A program made the position numbers and the translations under genes. A DNA stretch of 64,000 nt from Monocercomonoides exilis PA203 (taxonomy: Eukaryota; Protista; Preaxostyla). Location: positions 1,054,001 to 1,118,000 of the forward strand of contig LSRY02000002.1 in NCBI GenBank assembly GCA_001643675.2, read 5' to 3'. The stretch's first letter is position 1. Every line of letters begins with the position of its first letter. Below are positions 50,050 through 63,100 of this stretch, one piece after another. The notes below the pieces were generated by a model, which worked only from the letters and a program-made list of their open reading frames with translations, had not been told where the DNA came from and made no database searches.

Positions 50050-51480
50050 TTTCAGTTTTCTTTTTCAAATAATCATCCTACTCATTTTATAGCTTCTCTT
50101 CAGTTATTTCTTTACCTTAGAAGTCATATCGATTATTGTGAGAAGGAAGAGGATAAGTCGATGATAGAAAAAGCTTAGTCAGAACTGGCCTAGACGAGTC
50201 TTTCAACATGCCACTACATTTGAAAGCTCTTTTGATAACTGAAGGGGATAACTCCGAATGAATTGGTTGTTGGAGAGCTTCAACAAGAGCTGTTCTCTTT
50301 GCTGTTGAAGATAAAGATGAAGGTGCTTCGTGCTGATAACTCAGTTCTGATTTGAGAACTGCAAATACTCCTCGGTCAAGTGTGTGGCAAATGTGTGTGC
50401 TGTGAGGGACTATTGTGACAACATTCACATTTTCTTTTTTGAACTCTCGCCAGATTGAAGGATCTGCACGAGAAACGTTGGAGTTGATAAGAAGCAAGCA
50501 GTGAGATTCGTCGAGTTATATGCGTTGTCTTCTTTCTTTGATCAAAGGGAGAAGAATTGTGAGTGCATATATTTTGAACGAAGAAGATTCCATCCATCCG
50601 CATTTGTTCGAACAAATCTCAAGATTTGGAGGCTGAAGAGGCTTCAAGTCATCAGGAAGTTTGAGACTCGTCCACCGAATCACATAAGGAAGTGATTGAC
50701 CATCAGCTGCAACCGCTTCAATCAGTGGAGAATTCACCATTCGCGCCACAGATTTAGCGAAACCGGGTTTTGCATTTGCAGGAGAACAACATTCCGATTG
50801 GAGCTGTCATGAACCCTGAGTGATGACTAGTCTAATTAGAAGATAAGGGCATTGTTGTGACTTTTGTTCTGATGCAATCCGTTGAGCATATCATACCAGT
50901 ACTTTTGAACTTGTTGGCATGATACCACAAGCCTGTTCGCATCAACAATTTTCTGCTTTGATGTCTTCAGCTCGGGATTCGTTTGATGAAATCGTAAACA
51001 ACTGACACCAAAACTTTCACATCTGGCGTGTTTTCTTGTTTTGAATCATTTTCAAATTTTTCAAATTGATTTATATTTATTAATACATTTCATCGAATAT
51101 AAATGCAAACCAGTTCACACATTTTCTTGATGGAAAGGCTGACTCCAGAGAGTGATTCTATTTAATTTTATCCAGCACTGTTTGCTCTTTTATTCCATTG
51201 ACAATGGATGGACTTATAATTTTTGAAACCAATCTACCTTGCCAAACAGCCTTCACAGCACGCCTGATTCGAATTTTGCTATATTTTTTGATGTTGTTTG
51301 CATCCACCATTCACACAACTCCATCGTTTTCAATTTTTTCCATTCACTCAAGCGGATTCATTAATTGTCTCGATTCGAACGATAGCATTTCCTTCCAAGG
51401 CTTCAGCTGACCTGCAGTTGATTTCCCTGCAACTTCCTTTCTCAATTTATATTTTTTGGGTAATGATCATAATGCCTATT
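50050..51480 (-). pseudogene. pogo-like DDD (DDE_1) transposase relic
   Basis: AVAADGQSLP, GWMESSSF, LLINSNVSR, VVTIVPHSTHICHTLDRGVFAVLK, VIKRAFKCSG. Confidence 0.82.
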
Positions 51481-51739
51481 TCTTTTTTTTAATTTATTCT
51501 AATTAATTTCTATTAACGTTGAAAAAATTATTTCACATAAAAATACATTTTTTTGAATTCAATTCATTTGAACTAACCTGTGACTGATTGAATTTCAACG
51601 GTAGCCTTTTAACCGCCCCCCCCCCCCCCCCCATTTTCTCCCCCATTTGAAACAAGTTATGCATGAAGATGCACTTATTTTGTTGCTTATAGTTTCATTA
51701 AATTCCAAAAAACTATGAATTTTTCGATATGCGGAATTC

Positions 51740-54700
51740 AAAATAATTCGCTGAGAACAAACAATCAACAACAACTCATTATTATTGGAGAAGGCTCTGA
51801 ATTATGGGCTCAACCAGTCACAAAAGAAATGTGAACAAATGGATGAAGTGGTAAAACAACAAAACAATAATAGTACTCGGCAAATAATGGAGTGCTGAGG
51901 TGTTGTTGCCCTCGGTAATAGCCTCAGGCTTGGCTTGGGACATTGTTTTGGCATTTAGCAACAACGCTCGATTTCTGAATCGGCTTTCACACGCGGCTAT
52001 CAGCATAGGCTCTTGGGATTGGCTAACTGTGTATGTTATTGGTATTATTCTGGTGCGTCTTTGTCCTTGGCTTGGCTTGTTGATTTCTTCAATCGTATCT
52101 GTGTCATATTGTCTCAATTTCTCTCTTCGTCATTCTGTCTCCTTGTCCATCTTTATTGTTGTTCCTAATTGAAAATTGTTTTTTTAAGGTTTCTGCTTAA
52201 ATAAAACGGGAATGATTTGACCTTATCATTTTTGTGAGGTTTTATTGTTTGAAAATAATAAATGAGAAGCGGTTGGAGGAGCTTTGGATAAAAATGAGGT
52301 GTTGTTTAAAGATTTTTCTCCAGGAATAAAAGAACAGAGTGTTTTTGTTCGAGAAAAAAATTATTATTAACATCACCTCTTTATTAAGGGAGGGCACTCA
52401 ATTGAGAAAATCTATGCTTTTGTATTTCTCGAAGCAACACATTATCCCTTGAGTCTCTGATCTCTCTCCTATCTTCTCTTGTCCTGATTCTTTGTTCTCT
52501 CCCTTCTCCTTTTTCTCTTGTACTTCCATTCTCGAAGGGAATATTTCTGTATGACTTGTCTGCATCACGAGGATCGTTTGTCGTGGAGGAGGAATTGAAG
52601 GCAGTGCTTGTGTTGTGAAGGGAATTGTTGAAAAGTTCGAGAGATTTGATTGTTGAATTGGTGATGGACCAAACATAATAGTAGTTGTTTTTTTGTGTCA
52701 TTTAAAAGGAAATGCTAAATATTTGTTTGGAAACGTTGACTTTCTCAATTATTGTGTCTTTTTCTTATCATGAACAACTTTCCTCTGGGGTGATAAGAGC
52801 GTGAGCAATCCGGTTTGACAGGATCGCTTAATAGTGTGATCTGAACTGCGTGTGAGCAGTTGTTGATAGGCGCGCGTGCTTGGTAAAAAATACCTCCGGG
52901 ATCCCACTTGATGCAAGCTTGGATATTGATGTGTCCTTTATTTTGTATGGCTGGAATTCCTCAGGAACTCCTGCTTTCAGCATCCCCATCCCAGTAAGCG
53001 TTTTTATTAACTTTGAGGTTAGTTGTGTTTGGTGTGAAGTGTTGAGGAGGAACGTATTTCATATTTCGTGTGTTGTTTTTACTCAATCCTTAAAGGCGCT
53101 AGTGGCTCTTGTCTGAAATATTCACTTGTGTTCCTCCTCGAGGAATGGAAATGTGATGTTTTCACTGGATCTGGAAGTCTTGAGTCTTGAAGATAAAAAG
53201 ATCTCATCATGTTCAAATAAAAAGCTGGTCATTGATTTCTGCTCGAGCTCATGAAATATTCAGCATATGAACAGCATCACCAAAAAAATGCACTTCAACA
53301 TAAATTCAAAAAAAATAAAGATATTCATTCAGCCCGTTGTTCTCGTACTGCAGCAGCACGATGTCTGGGCTCCACATCTTTGAGTTCAGCTTTCTATGGG
53401 TCTGGAAAAATGAGAACGATCAAAATATTGTTCTTCAAAAGCTCACTTTGCTCAAATCCTTTCCATTTACAGTCTTGGAAGTGAGTGAAATCGCAGAATA
53501 TGTAGTGCACAGGTGCGATTATTTCCCACTTTGTTTTTCAAGGAGAGAAGGCAATAAGACGAATTCATTGTCCATTAATCGAAATATTTCGGGAATGGAC
53601 CTTGTTCCAACTCTTCCAATTCTCTTCTAAAGTGTGCAAAGCCAAAGATGTTTTGAGTCCATGTGGACTTTGCTATGCTCTCCTTTGTCACGGAAATGAT
53701 CCTGTCAAGGACTTCGCAGAGCCTGAGGCTTCTCCACCATCATTCTACTCCAACTTCTCTTGCCAATTGATTGTTGCTGTTATGAATCCCTTGGGAGAAA
53801 GTGATGAACCGGTTCTCATCACCCCTGCTCCCAAAATATAAGCAGCTTTTGAGTTTTTCCAAACGTTATATTGATACGTCATCTCTTCCAGCAAGTTTCT
53901 CCATATCTGATTCCTCCATGCAGGAAGAAGAAGGATGGCTCTCGCTTTCTCTGCTTTTGCTTTCTTGAGACTCGGAAGAATCAATAGAATCGGGGGATGA
54001 ATGATCATTATGTTCATTGTCCAAACTGAGGTTAGACCATCTTGAGCAAACGGACTCCTGGAACATTCAATGTCTCTTTTCTCTTGTTTCCTTCGTTTGC
54101 GATAGCGTCTATCTCTGCTTTCCCTTCGAGAGCTCTCTCCGCTTCATTCAGACATTGACACCTTGTCATATAATCTCCAATGCCCTCTAATCTTAACAAT
54201 TCATCTGCGGTTGTGTTTTTCCACCCCAGAATGTGGCTAGCTATCATCGTCAGTTTCACAGACTGACATATTTCCATGATCTTTATAAACAAAGGTCGGA
54301 GGTTAACTTGTGCGCCCCATCTGTTGATGTTGTTCTCCACATTGGTGCAGTTTGAGCGGAGAAGGATCTTTCCCACATGGTTTTGAGTGATTTGTAATGA
54401 ATAATTGTTGAGTGCAAATAAAACTTCAAGGAACTCCTTGAAACTTGATGTTTGGTTCTTTGTGCTGCTGTTGAACTTTTTGAGAAAATGAAATCTGTCT
54501 CCTCCAACTGCCAAGGTTGCTCCGCAAGCCCAAGGGGAAGAATCTACCGTTAATATGGTGTCGGGCTTCGAGAAGTCCACCAGTTCTCTTCTGCAATTCT
54601 CTTTGAGCCTTTGAATCCAGAAGTCCAATTGTCTTTTTATGCTGCTGTTCAAGAACACCGCTCCTTCATAACCATCTTTCTTAACCTCCTTGTTCAGTAA

Positions 54701-56590
54701 ATGGAACATTTTGTTCATGTGTAAAGAGGCGTCATTGCACACGAACCGTGCAACGCTGAGCTGTCCTATGAAAGAAGCGAAGTCTCTCGTCTATGAAAAG
54801 CTGTTCTTCATCACTATCTTCAAGCATTTGACACATTCCTGCCTCAGTTCTCTTAGTCTCTGCTGTTCCACTGAGACAATCATTCGACTCGTTTTCCATG
54901 TCCATCCGAGGGAAATGAAGTTCATCTTGGGGCTCATCTCACTCTTCTCCATATTGAGGATTAGCTCCAACTGTTGAAACCACTCAACAATTTCTTGAGT
55001 TGCAGTCTCCAGCTTTTCTCGATCTTGATCCAGCAAAATGATATCGTCCAAAAAGGAAATGCATCTCACCTTTCATCTTTTTCGTATTTCCTTCGAAACT
55101 TTTCTCATCACCTTCGTGAAAATTCGTTTTGCGTCTTTGAAGCCGAATGGTGTGCACTTGAACCCGTTGCATCTTTCATCGAACTTGAATGCAAGGAATG
55201 AGGTGAAATCCTTGTGAATTGTAATTAGGAAATAAGCCTGAGAAATATCAAGCAAGGTTGGAAAAATCTCTTTTCTGGATCAGTCTCTCCACTAGGCAAT
55301 TGTCGTTTATTTTGAAATGCATATCTTTCATCGCAGAATTGAGTGGACAGCAATCGATGATTTAGTGATATTTCCATATCTTCTTCGAAATGAAAATTAT
55401 ATTGCTCAAACAACAGACATCTCCTTCTTTTAACTGTATTAAAATGTTTGTCTTGAGTCCTTCTTGAATCCATTCTGAACAAGCCTCTTTCTCCTTTCTG
55501 CAGTCCATGAAGTCTCTGCCTTTCTCTTTTTCCTGTTTCACCTTGTCACTTGCAGCTCTCACCTTCCAAATCGGAATAATCCCGTCTTCTATCCAATTGA
55601 TCACTCCGATCTTCTTCCATTCCTCGGAAAAGACTTGAATGATCTCCCTTCTTTCTTCGAATAAAATTGCTTCTTGTAATTGAACGTGCTGTTCTTCCAG
55701 GTCCTGAGCTTGTTGATCTCGCTTTCTTTGTCCCAGTTCTCCTTGTTCTTTATGAAAAGTGTGATGCAACACGAACTTGTCTCCGCTTTGTTTAAAACTG
55801 TAAAATGGGCTTTATCCTCTCTAACTACTATGTTGTCAATAACGGATCATCCTTATCTTCATGAAGTGTTTTGGCCTCCTTGAAATCGAATAAAGCTTGG
55901 ATTTGTATGTGGTGTGCTGTTTGGAGAGCAGCGACAGTTAATACCATTGCATATCCCTTGTGTTGTTGTGTTTTTTCTATTGAGCTTCGCGTTACCATCA
56001 ACATTGCTTTCAGTGAGAGCATCAAAAAGGATTCCACATTAAACGCTCATTCATCTCAAGCACTTAAAAATCAACTGTACGATTGCGAATGTGGATGGGT
56101 TGAAGAAGACAGAAACAGGGGGACTGAAAAGTGTGCGTCATCTCGCAAGATCTGGAATTGATTTCGCTGACCAACATGATAAGCAAATACATACTCTTCA
56201 AGTTTTCCACAATGTGGGATTTGTCTGATTCTAATTGTGGTTATGTTAGTGAGTGAGATGGGATAGATGAACTGTTTGATGTTGAGGTTGCTTAGGTTGT
56301 TGAGGAGATACCTGACATTGCTGGGAATTGAGAGTCGTGAGCATCTGAAGTTGGAATGGAGCTGGTAGGCTCCAATCCAATTCCGCCTGAATATCAGCTT
56401 TTCGGAAATATCCCGCTCAGTCCAGAAGCAAGTCATTCCAACAAAGTTGTCGCCTTTCTTGTTTTGTGATAGGCTGAGCTCATTATGCAGAGCTCACTCC
56501 CTCAATAAAGAGGTGTTAAAGATAACGGTTTTTCTCGAGTATAAATGTACTCTGTTCTTTAATTGCTGAGTTGAAGGCTTCTTTTAGGGT
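51740..56590 (-). mobile_element. DIRS-type retrotransposon, near full length but decayed (copy 3)
   Basis: Gag-like 5' region; RT (LDISQAYF, PFG, FLDDII); RNase H (TVDSSPWACGA, NTTADELLR); methyltransferase-like (DAIAN, IHPPILLI); YR C-terminus (KAGVPEEFQPYKIK...SHY near 52830); inverted matches of the 5' end at 51770-51840 and 52315-52400. Confidence 0.88.
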
Positions 56591-57160
56591 TTCAAAAAAA
56601 AAAATAAAAAAATAAGCTATATGAAAAGGCAAAATGTTTACAAGAAAACTTTCATCAACACTCTTTGGTGTTAATTATATATTTTATTTTTCATCAAACT
56701 TTTTCAATGTTTTCATTCTCAAAAACAACTATCCACTAATTGAAATTAATTAATTAGTTTTTTGAAACATTAATAAAAAAACTTAAAAGACATTTTAAAG
56801 TTTGACAATAAGTCATAAGGGTTATTTGTATGTCAGGGTAGATAATTACTCAATTGAAGTATTTTCATGAAGTTTGGAAAAAGTCTCGAAAAACTTCAGA
56901 TTTGAATTTAAAAAAAAACCATTCGATCATTTTTTGTTTTGATCAGTTTGTTATTATTTACTTGATGCATTTATAATATTTTGGCATTGCATTTTTTGCT
57001 TTTTATTCTTGGATTAAATGAAAAAATTGGGTTCCTCAAAAGAAGCCTCTTGCCAATTGCTTATGATATTTTAGGATCAAATAAAAAAATGTTGCTTCAA
57101 ATCAAAATATGACACAATAATAATACTTTTCATTCCTGAGTTCGTATTGAAAAAATCTGA

Positions 57161-57200
<40 letters not shown>

Positions 57201-57502
57201 AGCAATATCGTTCCACATTCCACAGCTTTTTCCACCAATGATATTTATTTATTTTCATTTTTTTTTTTTAAAAAAAAAAAAACTCTTGTGGGTCAGAAAA
57301 TTAAGTTCCTGATGGAAAAAAAAAGGGTATGATAAATAACTCACACAAATAAGTATTCAAAATATCAAAAAGACGATCCAATACTTTTTGTTGCCTTGTG
57401 ATAAAAAATAATCGGAAAAAGTTACTTGAACAAAAAATCACAAGAAAATTTTTTATTAAAAATTAAAACTGATGAAAAAGCAAATTTTTTTAAAACAAAT
57501 AT

Positions 57503-59602
57503 TCAAGAAATCTGTTCAACGTGAGATGTCACCATGTGAATTTGCAACTCTTCAAAGTTTGCCCATCCGCCTCTGCAACAATACGGGCACACTAATGCTG
57601 ATGCCTCAATTGCACGCCTCAGATCTTCTTCTTCAACAGTATTTCTTTGCGTCTGAGACATAAGCGATCCGAGTGGCTTTGTATTGGGTTTCTCTTTCTG
57701 CTGCGAAGAATAAGATTGTGATCCAACAGAAGAAGCACCAAATCTTCCTCTGATGCATCTTCCACGCCCTCTTCCTTCTACCAAGCCCAAAACATGCACA
57801 TTTCTGATGTGGCTCTTCATGTTCCTTCCCAAAACACGCAATCCACACATTCTGCAGGCGTAGTTCGTTTCAAAGCATCGCAGCTGATGCGAAGGCAGCA
57901 AGCGATGGGTGAAAATCAGCTGGCAGATGTCACACACAGCCGGGCGCTCTGAACAGGACAGCGCAGTGTGGCGTGGAATCGACGGTGGATACATTTCTAT
58001 ACCACACAAACATCGCACTTTTTTATGGAGCATATCCACATGCTTGTCGAGTAGCTCAGGCTTCAATCGTTTCTTGCACACAGGACAAATAGCTGTTGTT
58101 TTTCTACAATATCGAACATGGCTCAATAATTGCAATGGAGGAAGACGAACATGACAATTTGGACATTGATCTAACGAAGGAGAAGAAGAAGAAGAAGAAG
58201 AGGAGGAGGAGGAGGAGGAGGAGGAGGAGGATGGCTTGGATGAAGAGGAAGTTTGTTGAGAAGAATCATCTGGAAATACGCTCCTTTGACCAGGCGGAGG
58301 TGAAGGAGGGTTGTATACAACAAATTCCTTTGCTTTCTTTGCAACTTGTTCATCTTCCTTTTCTTCTTCTTCATACTCATAGACATACTCCACTTCTTCT
58401 CCTCCTTCCTCCCCTTCCTCCGCTTCTACAACGTACTCAATCACTTCTTCAACATCTTCCGATTCATCCTTTTTCTTTTCATTTTCGCAAGCATTTTCTT
58501 CTTCTTCTTCTTCTTCTTCATTTGATTCATCATCATCATCGCTCTCATTGTCATTGTCATCTGATTCTGATTCTTCTTCTGCTTTCATTTTCTCTTTTCT
58601 TTCCAGCTCAACTGGGTCTTCTTCATCCGTTTCTGTTGCTCGCAATGAAAATTCTGAGTCTTCTTTGAAACCGTATACACTAATATACAAATCAACAATT
58701 TCTTCAGCTTTCTTTTCTTTATCTTTCTGAGTTTCTCCTCCTCCTTCATTTTCTTTGTTTAATTTAAATAGTGAATCAGCCTTCCTCTTCATAGATAGCA
58801 ACGATTCTGACTTTGGAGATACAACAATTTCTTCATTATCTATCAAGATAGTTGACCACATAAACCTTTCTCTCTTTGGAAATTTATCCAATCGAGATGC
58901 AAATAAGCATGTGCTTCCTATAGTCGTTGAAATTTCAACGCGAATTTTCTTTGATTCAGGTGTCTGTAATCGGAAGTATGTGTACTCTCCAGCCTTCACA
59001 TTCGAATTTTTTGGCACATCAAGTTCCAAAGGAGTGTGAAGAATCTCCTTAAATTCCTCATCAATAGTGCAAACAGGATCGCAATCCAAAAGTGAAACAA
59101 CGTTTGAAGGCTCGGTTTTTGCAACCTGTACTCTGTAATTTCGAAGCCCAAAACTTAATTCAATAATATTTCCTGCCTCAACAGCACTATAGTTTCCAGA
59201 TAATGCATTTTGCAATGCAAAACCTTCGTCTATAATTTCTTCGAAATAGCGAGATTCAAGCGGTTTTAGTTTTATTGAAGTGCAAGCTGGAATTGACCTT
59301 ATTCGACGAAGGGTGACATATACTCCAGACTCTGCTTTTAAAACGTTAAACACCCATGGTGGCACAATCCCCATTGTCAGCGGGGTGAAGCCTTGAATTC
59401 CAAGAAATACGCGCCCTTTTCCCTCGGTTACTGAAACTTCAAATAATAAAACACTGTTTTCATTAGAATCATTTGTAAATAACTTATGAGCCAAAGTGTC
59501 TGGTAAATAAAATTTATTTGTAGATCCAATAACGCTAAGTTGTTCACCTTCAGCAGCTTTTATTTGCAGTAATTCAGGTTCTTTAGGAAATCCTTTACTC
59601 AT
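57503..59602 (-). CDS. UFD1-domain protein with acidic linker, TRAF/XAF1-type zinc-finger array, UIM and terminal zinc finger
   Basis: Intact 699-aa ORF; NKFYLP...LLFEV...VPPWV...IKLKP UFD1 pattern; repeated CxxC-x11-HxxxC/H; EEEDLRRAIEAS (UIM). Confidence 0.88.
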   Translation of the reverse strand: MSKGFPKEPELLQIKAAEGEQLSVIGSTNKFYLPDTLAHKLFTNDSNENSVLLFEVSVTEGKGRVFLGIQGFTPLTMGIVPPWVFNVLKAESGVYVTLRRIRSIPACTSIKLKPLESRYFEEIIDEGFALQNALSGNYSAVEAGNIIELSFGLRNYRVQVAKTEPSNVVSLLDCDPVCTIDEEFKEILHTPLELDVPKNSNVKAGEYTYFRLQTPESKKIRVEISTTIGSTCLFASRLDKFPKRERFMWSTILIDNEEIVVSPKSESLLSMKRKADSLFKLNKENEGGGETQKDKEKKAEEIVDLYISVYGFKEDSEFSLRATETDEEDPVELERKEKMKAEEESESDDNDNESDDDDESNEEEEEEEENACENEKKKDESEDVEEVIEYVVEAEEGEEGGEEVEYVYEYEEEEKEDEQVAKKAKEFVVYNPPSPPPGQRSVFPDDSSQQTSSSSKPSSSSSSSSSSSSSSSSSPSLDQCPNCHVRLPPLQLLSHVRYCRKTTAICPVCKKRLKPELLDKHVDMLHKKVRCLCGIEMYPPSIPRHTALSCSERPAVCDICQLIFTHRLLPSHQLRCFETNYACRMCGLRVLGRNMKSHIRNVHVLGLVEGRGRGRCIRGRFGASSVGSQSYSSQQKEKPNTKPLGSLMSQTQRNTVEEEDLRRAIEASALVCPYCCRGGWANFEELQIHMVTSHVEQIS

Positions 59603-60189
59603 TATTATATGTTGGTTACTCTGATCATATTTTTAGTAAATAAATGTGTTCAAAAGAAATCAGTTTAATGAAGGATTGATTGGAATTCAAAGCAATGAAT
59701 TGATAGCAGGAAGAAAGAATGTCCTTCATTTTGATTGAAACACTTCACTGAAACATCTATTTTTTATTATTTAGAAAAAAAAAAAAAAAATAGAATTTCT
59801 TTTTTTCAAAAACAACTTCACAGAAATAAACATGAATATTCAAATGGAAAAAATGTTTTCTGTATATTTTTGATTTAGCAAAACATAAATTATCAAAAAT
59901 TCATTTTTTTTTTTAACAATTTTTATAATATTGAGATCATGAGGAAATTTATTTTTCACATAACATCATCTTGAACTATAAGCACACAAGTGGCAAAGGT
60001 CATTTCATAATAAACAGCAAAATAAAAATGATAACTGAATCGAACTGAAGCAAATCAAAGGGGAAAAAAAATAATAATAATAAATCAATTTCACATTAAT
60101 GCGAATAAACAAACAAATATTTAATTGTTAAATACTTCTGGAAAACTCAAAGAAAAATGCCCTGTTGTCTTTAATTGATTGCAAAAACA

Positions 60190-63100
60190 TCAAGCAAAAC
60201 GAGTCTTTGAGACTGAATGCGATCCAGAAAGAGCTGCGAGGATTTCATTCCGCTCTTCAGCTGCCTTGTTGATGGCGTCTGTGAGCGAATGAATAAGCTG
60301 AGGAAGAGGCGTCAGATGTTTAGAGGCAGAACAAGAAAGGAATCTATCTGAAGAGGATTGCACGGAACGAGGAGTAGAAGAAGATGTCTTGTTTTGTGTC
60401 GAGTGAGGAGAAGAATGTTTATTTGATGACTCTTCTGTTGATGATGATGATGATGACACAGCATTTGATGAAGATGAAGAGGCAAGTTCAGATTTTTGCT
60501 TAAAAATCGGATGTTTTCTCGTTGTGCTGTTAAAGGATTGCTTTCCTTTCAAAACAGATGCGTTATTTCTCTTCTCAATCGGTTTGTCTTCGATTCCTTT
60601 TGAATTCTCTTCTTTCATTTCTTTCGTTCTTCTTTCCTCTTTTCCTCTTTTATTGTCACTCCGTTCATCATCTTCTTTTTCTTTTTCTTCTTTTTCTTCT
60701 TCTTCACCATTTTCTTCTTCTTCTTCTTCTTCTTTTCCTCTGCTTTTTCTCTCCACGTTATCAGCCAGCTTCCCCATCTTCCCAATCATCTTTTGCATTT
60801 CTTCTATCATTTCCTGCTTTTCATCCAGCATCTCTTTCATTCCTGTGCAAAATCGACATTTTTCTCGTTTTTCTTCTTCGAAAACTTTTTCCTCTTTCAA
60901 ATTTGCATCTTTAATTCTTCCATTGAATAAAACTTCTTTTTGATTTTTTGGTTTATTTTTCGTGTTTGTTGCTTCTCTTTTATCTATTTCGTTGTTTTTC
61001 CAAGTTTTTCTCTCGATTTCATTTTCATTGGCTTTCCAATCTTTGTTCTTTTCTTCTTCTCCTTCTTCTCCTTCTTCTCCTTCTTTTCTTCGATTCATCT
61101 TCATCTTTGTATCATACCCATCAATTTGCTTTTTTCCCTCTTTTTCTTTTCTTTTCATTTCTTTCTCTTCAAACGTGTTATTCTCTTCTTTCCATCCGAC
61201 TTCTTCTTTTTCATCTGAAATCATCCTCAGCAAATCATCTGTCCTTTCTGAATGCTCCTTCATCTCTTCCTGCAGACGCCACAGAAGATCAAGTACATCC
61301 TGTGTGGAAGGAGAAGGAGAAGAAGAAGAAGAAGAAGAGAGAGGAAGAGAAGAAGAAGAAATAGAAGACGGAAAAGATGATTGGGAAATATCAGCTTTTG
61401 CAGAAGAAAGTGAATAAGGTTGAAGATGTTTTGTTGGTAGTGAATGTTCAGATGATGATGTTTTTTTTGATGAAGAAGTTAAAGAAGAAGAAGAAGAAGA
61501 AGAAGGAAGATGAGAAGAAGAAGAAGAAGAAGAAGAAGCTGATGGTGCTGATGATGAAGCTGAAGACGACATTTCATGTGAAGCATTAGGCAGATACAAA
61601 ATGTGATGGTTTTCATCTTCTGTGTGTTTGTGTCTGATTGTTGGAGAAGGAGAGGAATGAGAAGGAGATGAAGAGAAGAAAGAGCGAAGAGGTTTGACTG
61701 AATATGGAGTGAGGAGAGACAAATGAGAAAGGGAAGAAGAAGGAGAAGAAGAAAGAGAAGAAGAAGAAGAAGATAAAACAGAAGAAGAAGAAACATCATT
61801 TATTAATGATTTTGAAGGAAATGAAGAAGATGCTTGTGATTTCTGTGTGGTTGCTGAGCTTGTTGAATCATCTGTTCTGTTCGTTTTTGATAAAATTTTA
61901 TCTTCTTTTCCTTTTGCATTTTGCTCTTTCTTTTCTCTTCTTTCTTTTGTTCCCTCAAAATTTCCTTTTCTTTCTTCTTCTTCTTCTTCTTCGTATTTTC
62001 TGCTTTTTCTCATTTTTTCTTTCTCTTTCTCTTTCTCCTTCTCCTTCTCTTCCTCCATCAAATGCAGCATAATCCTCAGCCTTTGGTTTTCTCCTTCAAC
62101 ACTCTTCAGCTCATTTTCTGTCTCCACAAGTGCTTCTGCTATTTGACTCATCTCATTTCGCATCTTCTCTCTTTCAGCTGTTTCTTTCTCTTTCTCTTTT
62201 CTTCTTTCTTCTTCTCTTATCATTTCGTTGTTTGCTGCTGCTTCTTCTTTCTTTTTCCCAACATTTCTTTCGCTCTCTTCTTTCTCCTTTTGTTTTTCTT
62301 CCTCCTTTTCAATCATTCTTATTTTTTCCATTTCTTTCTCTCTTTTTTCTTTCATCTTTTTGATGCAATCTCTTATTTGCTCCATAACCACATCCATCTC
62401 CTTCTGCTGCTCATATTCATCGTCTTCTTCATCAAGCAATTCTTCTTCTTCTTTTTCTTCTTTCTTTCCAGTTTTATGCTCGATTGTTTTTTCTTCCTCC
62501 TCTTTGTTATTTTCACCTTCTTCTCTTTTGCCTTTTCCAATCATTTTCTGTTCATCTTTCTCTTTTATTGTTTCTTCATTAGCATTCTTTGCCTCTGATA
62601 AAACGTCCTTTCGTTTGAATATCCATCCCTGTTGCTCTGCCAAATGCTTCAGCATTTCAAGTATTCCTCTCATTTTCCTCAGCATCGCCTGTTCGTTTGT
62701 TATTCTCTTTGCTTTTTGCTCTTTCATCTTTTTCTCTTCTTTCTTTCTTTCTTCTTCTTCTGTCATCTTTGCTTTTTCTCTTTCCTTTTCTCTTTCCTTT
62801 TCCTTTTCCTTTTCCTTTTCTTTTTCTTTTCTCATTCTCTCCATTTCTTGCAGCATCTCTTCTCTTTCTCTTTCCATTTGTTTCGCAGCCACCTCATCTT
62901 CCTCTGCTTTTCTTTCTCTCTCTTTCTCCAGCTTCTCCCTCTCCTTCATCACCCTTCCAAGCTGCTCAAGTTCTTCTTCTATTCTCTTCGCTTCTTCTTC
63001 CTGCTTTCTCAACATGCCCCTCAGAATCGCATTCGCCTCGTTCTGCTTCTTCAGCTCTGCTTCTACATCTTCTTTTGTTTTTCTCGCGCTGGCTTCGGAT

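Noticed and set aside
51612-51632. Poly-C run as a telomere or element terminus
   Set aside because: No partner end or telomeric unit; homopolymer length is unreliable
43500-59602. Functional ubiquitin cluster linking the USP relic and the UFD1 gene
   Set aside because: They are 13 kb apart, separated by unrelated TEs, with no evidence beyond proximity
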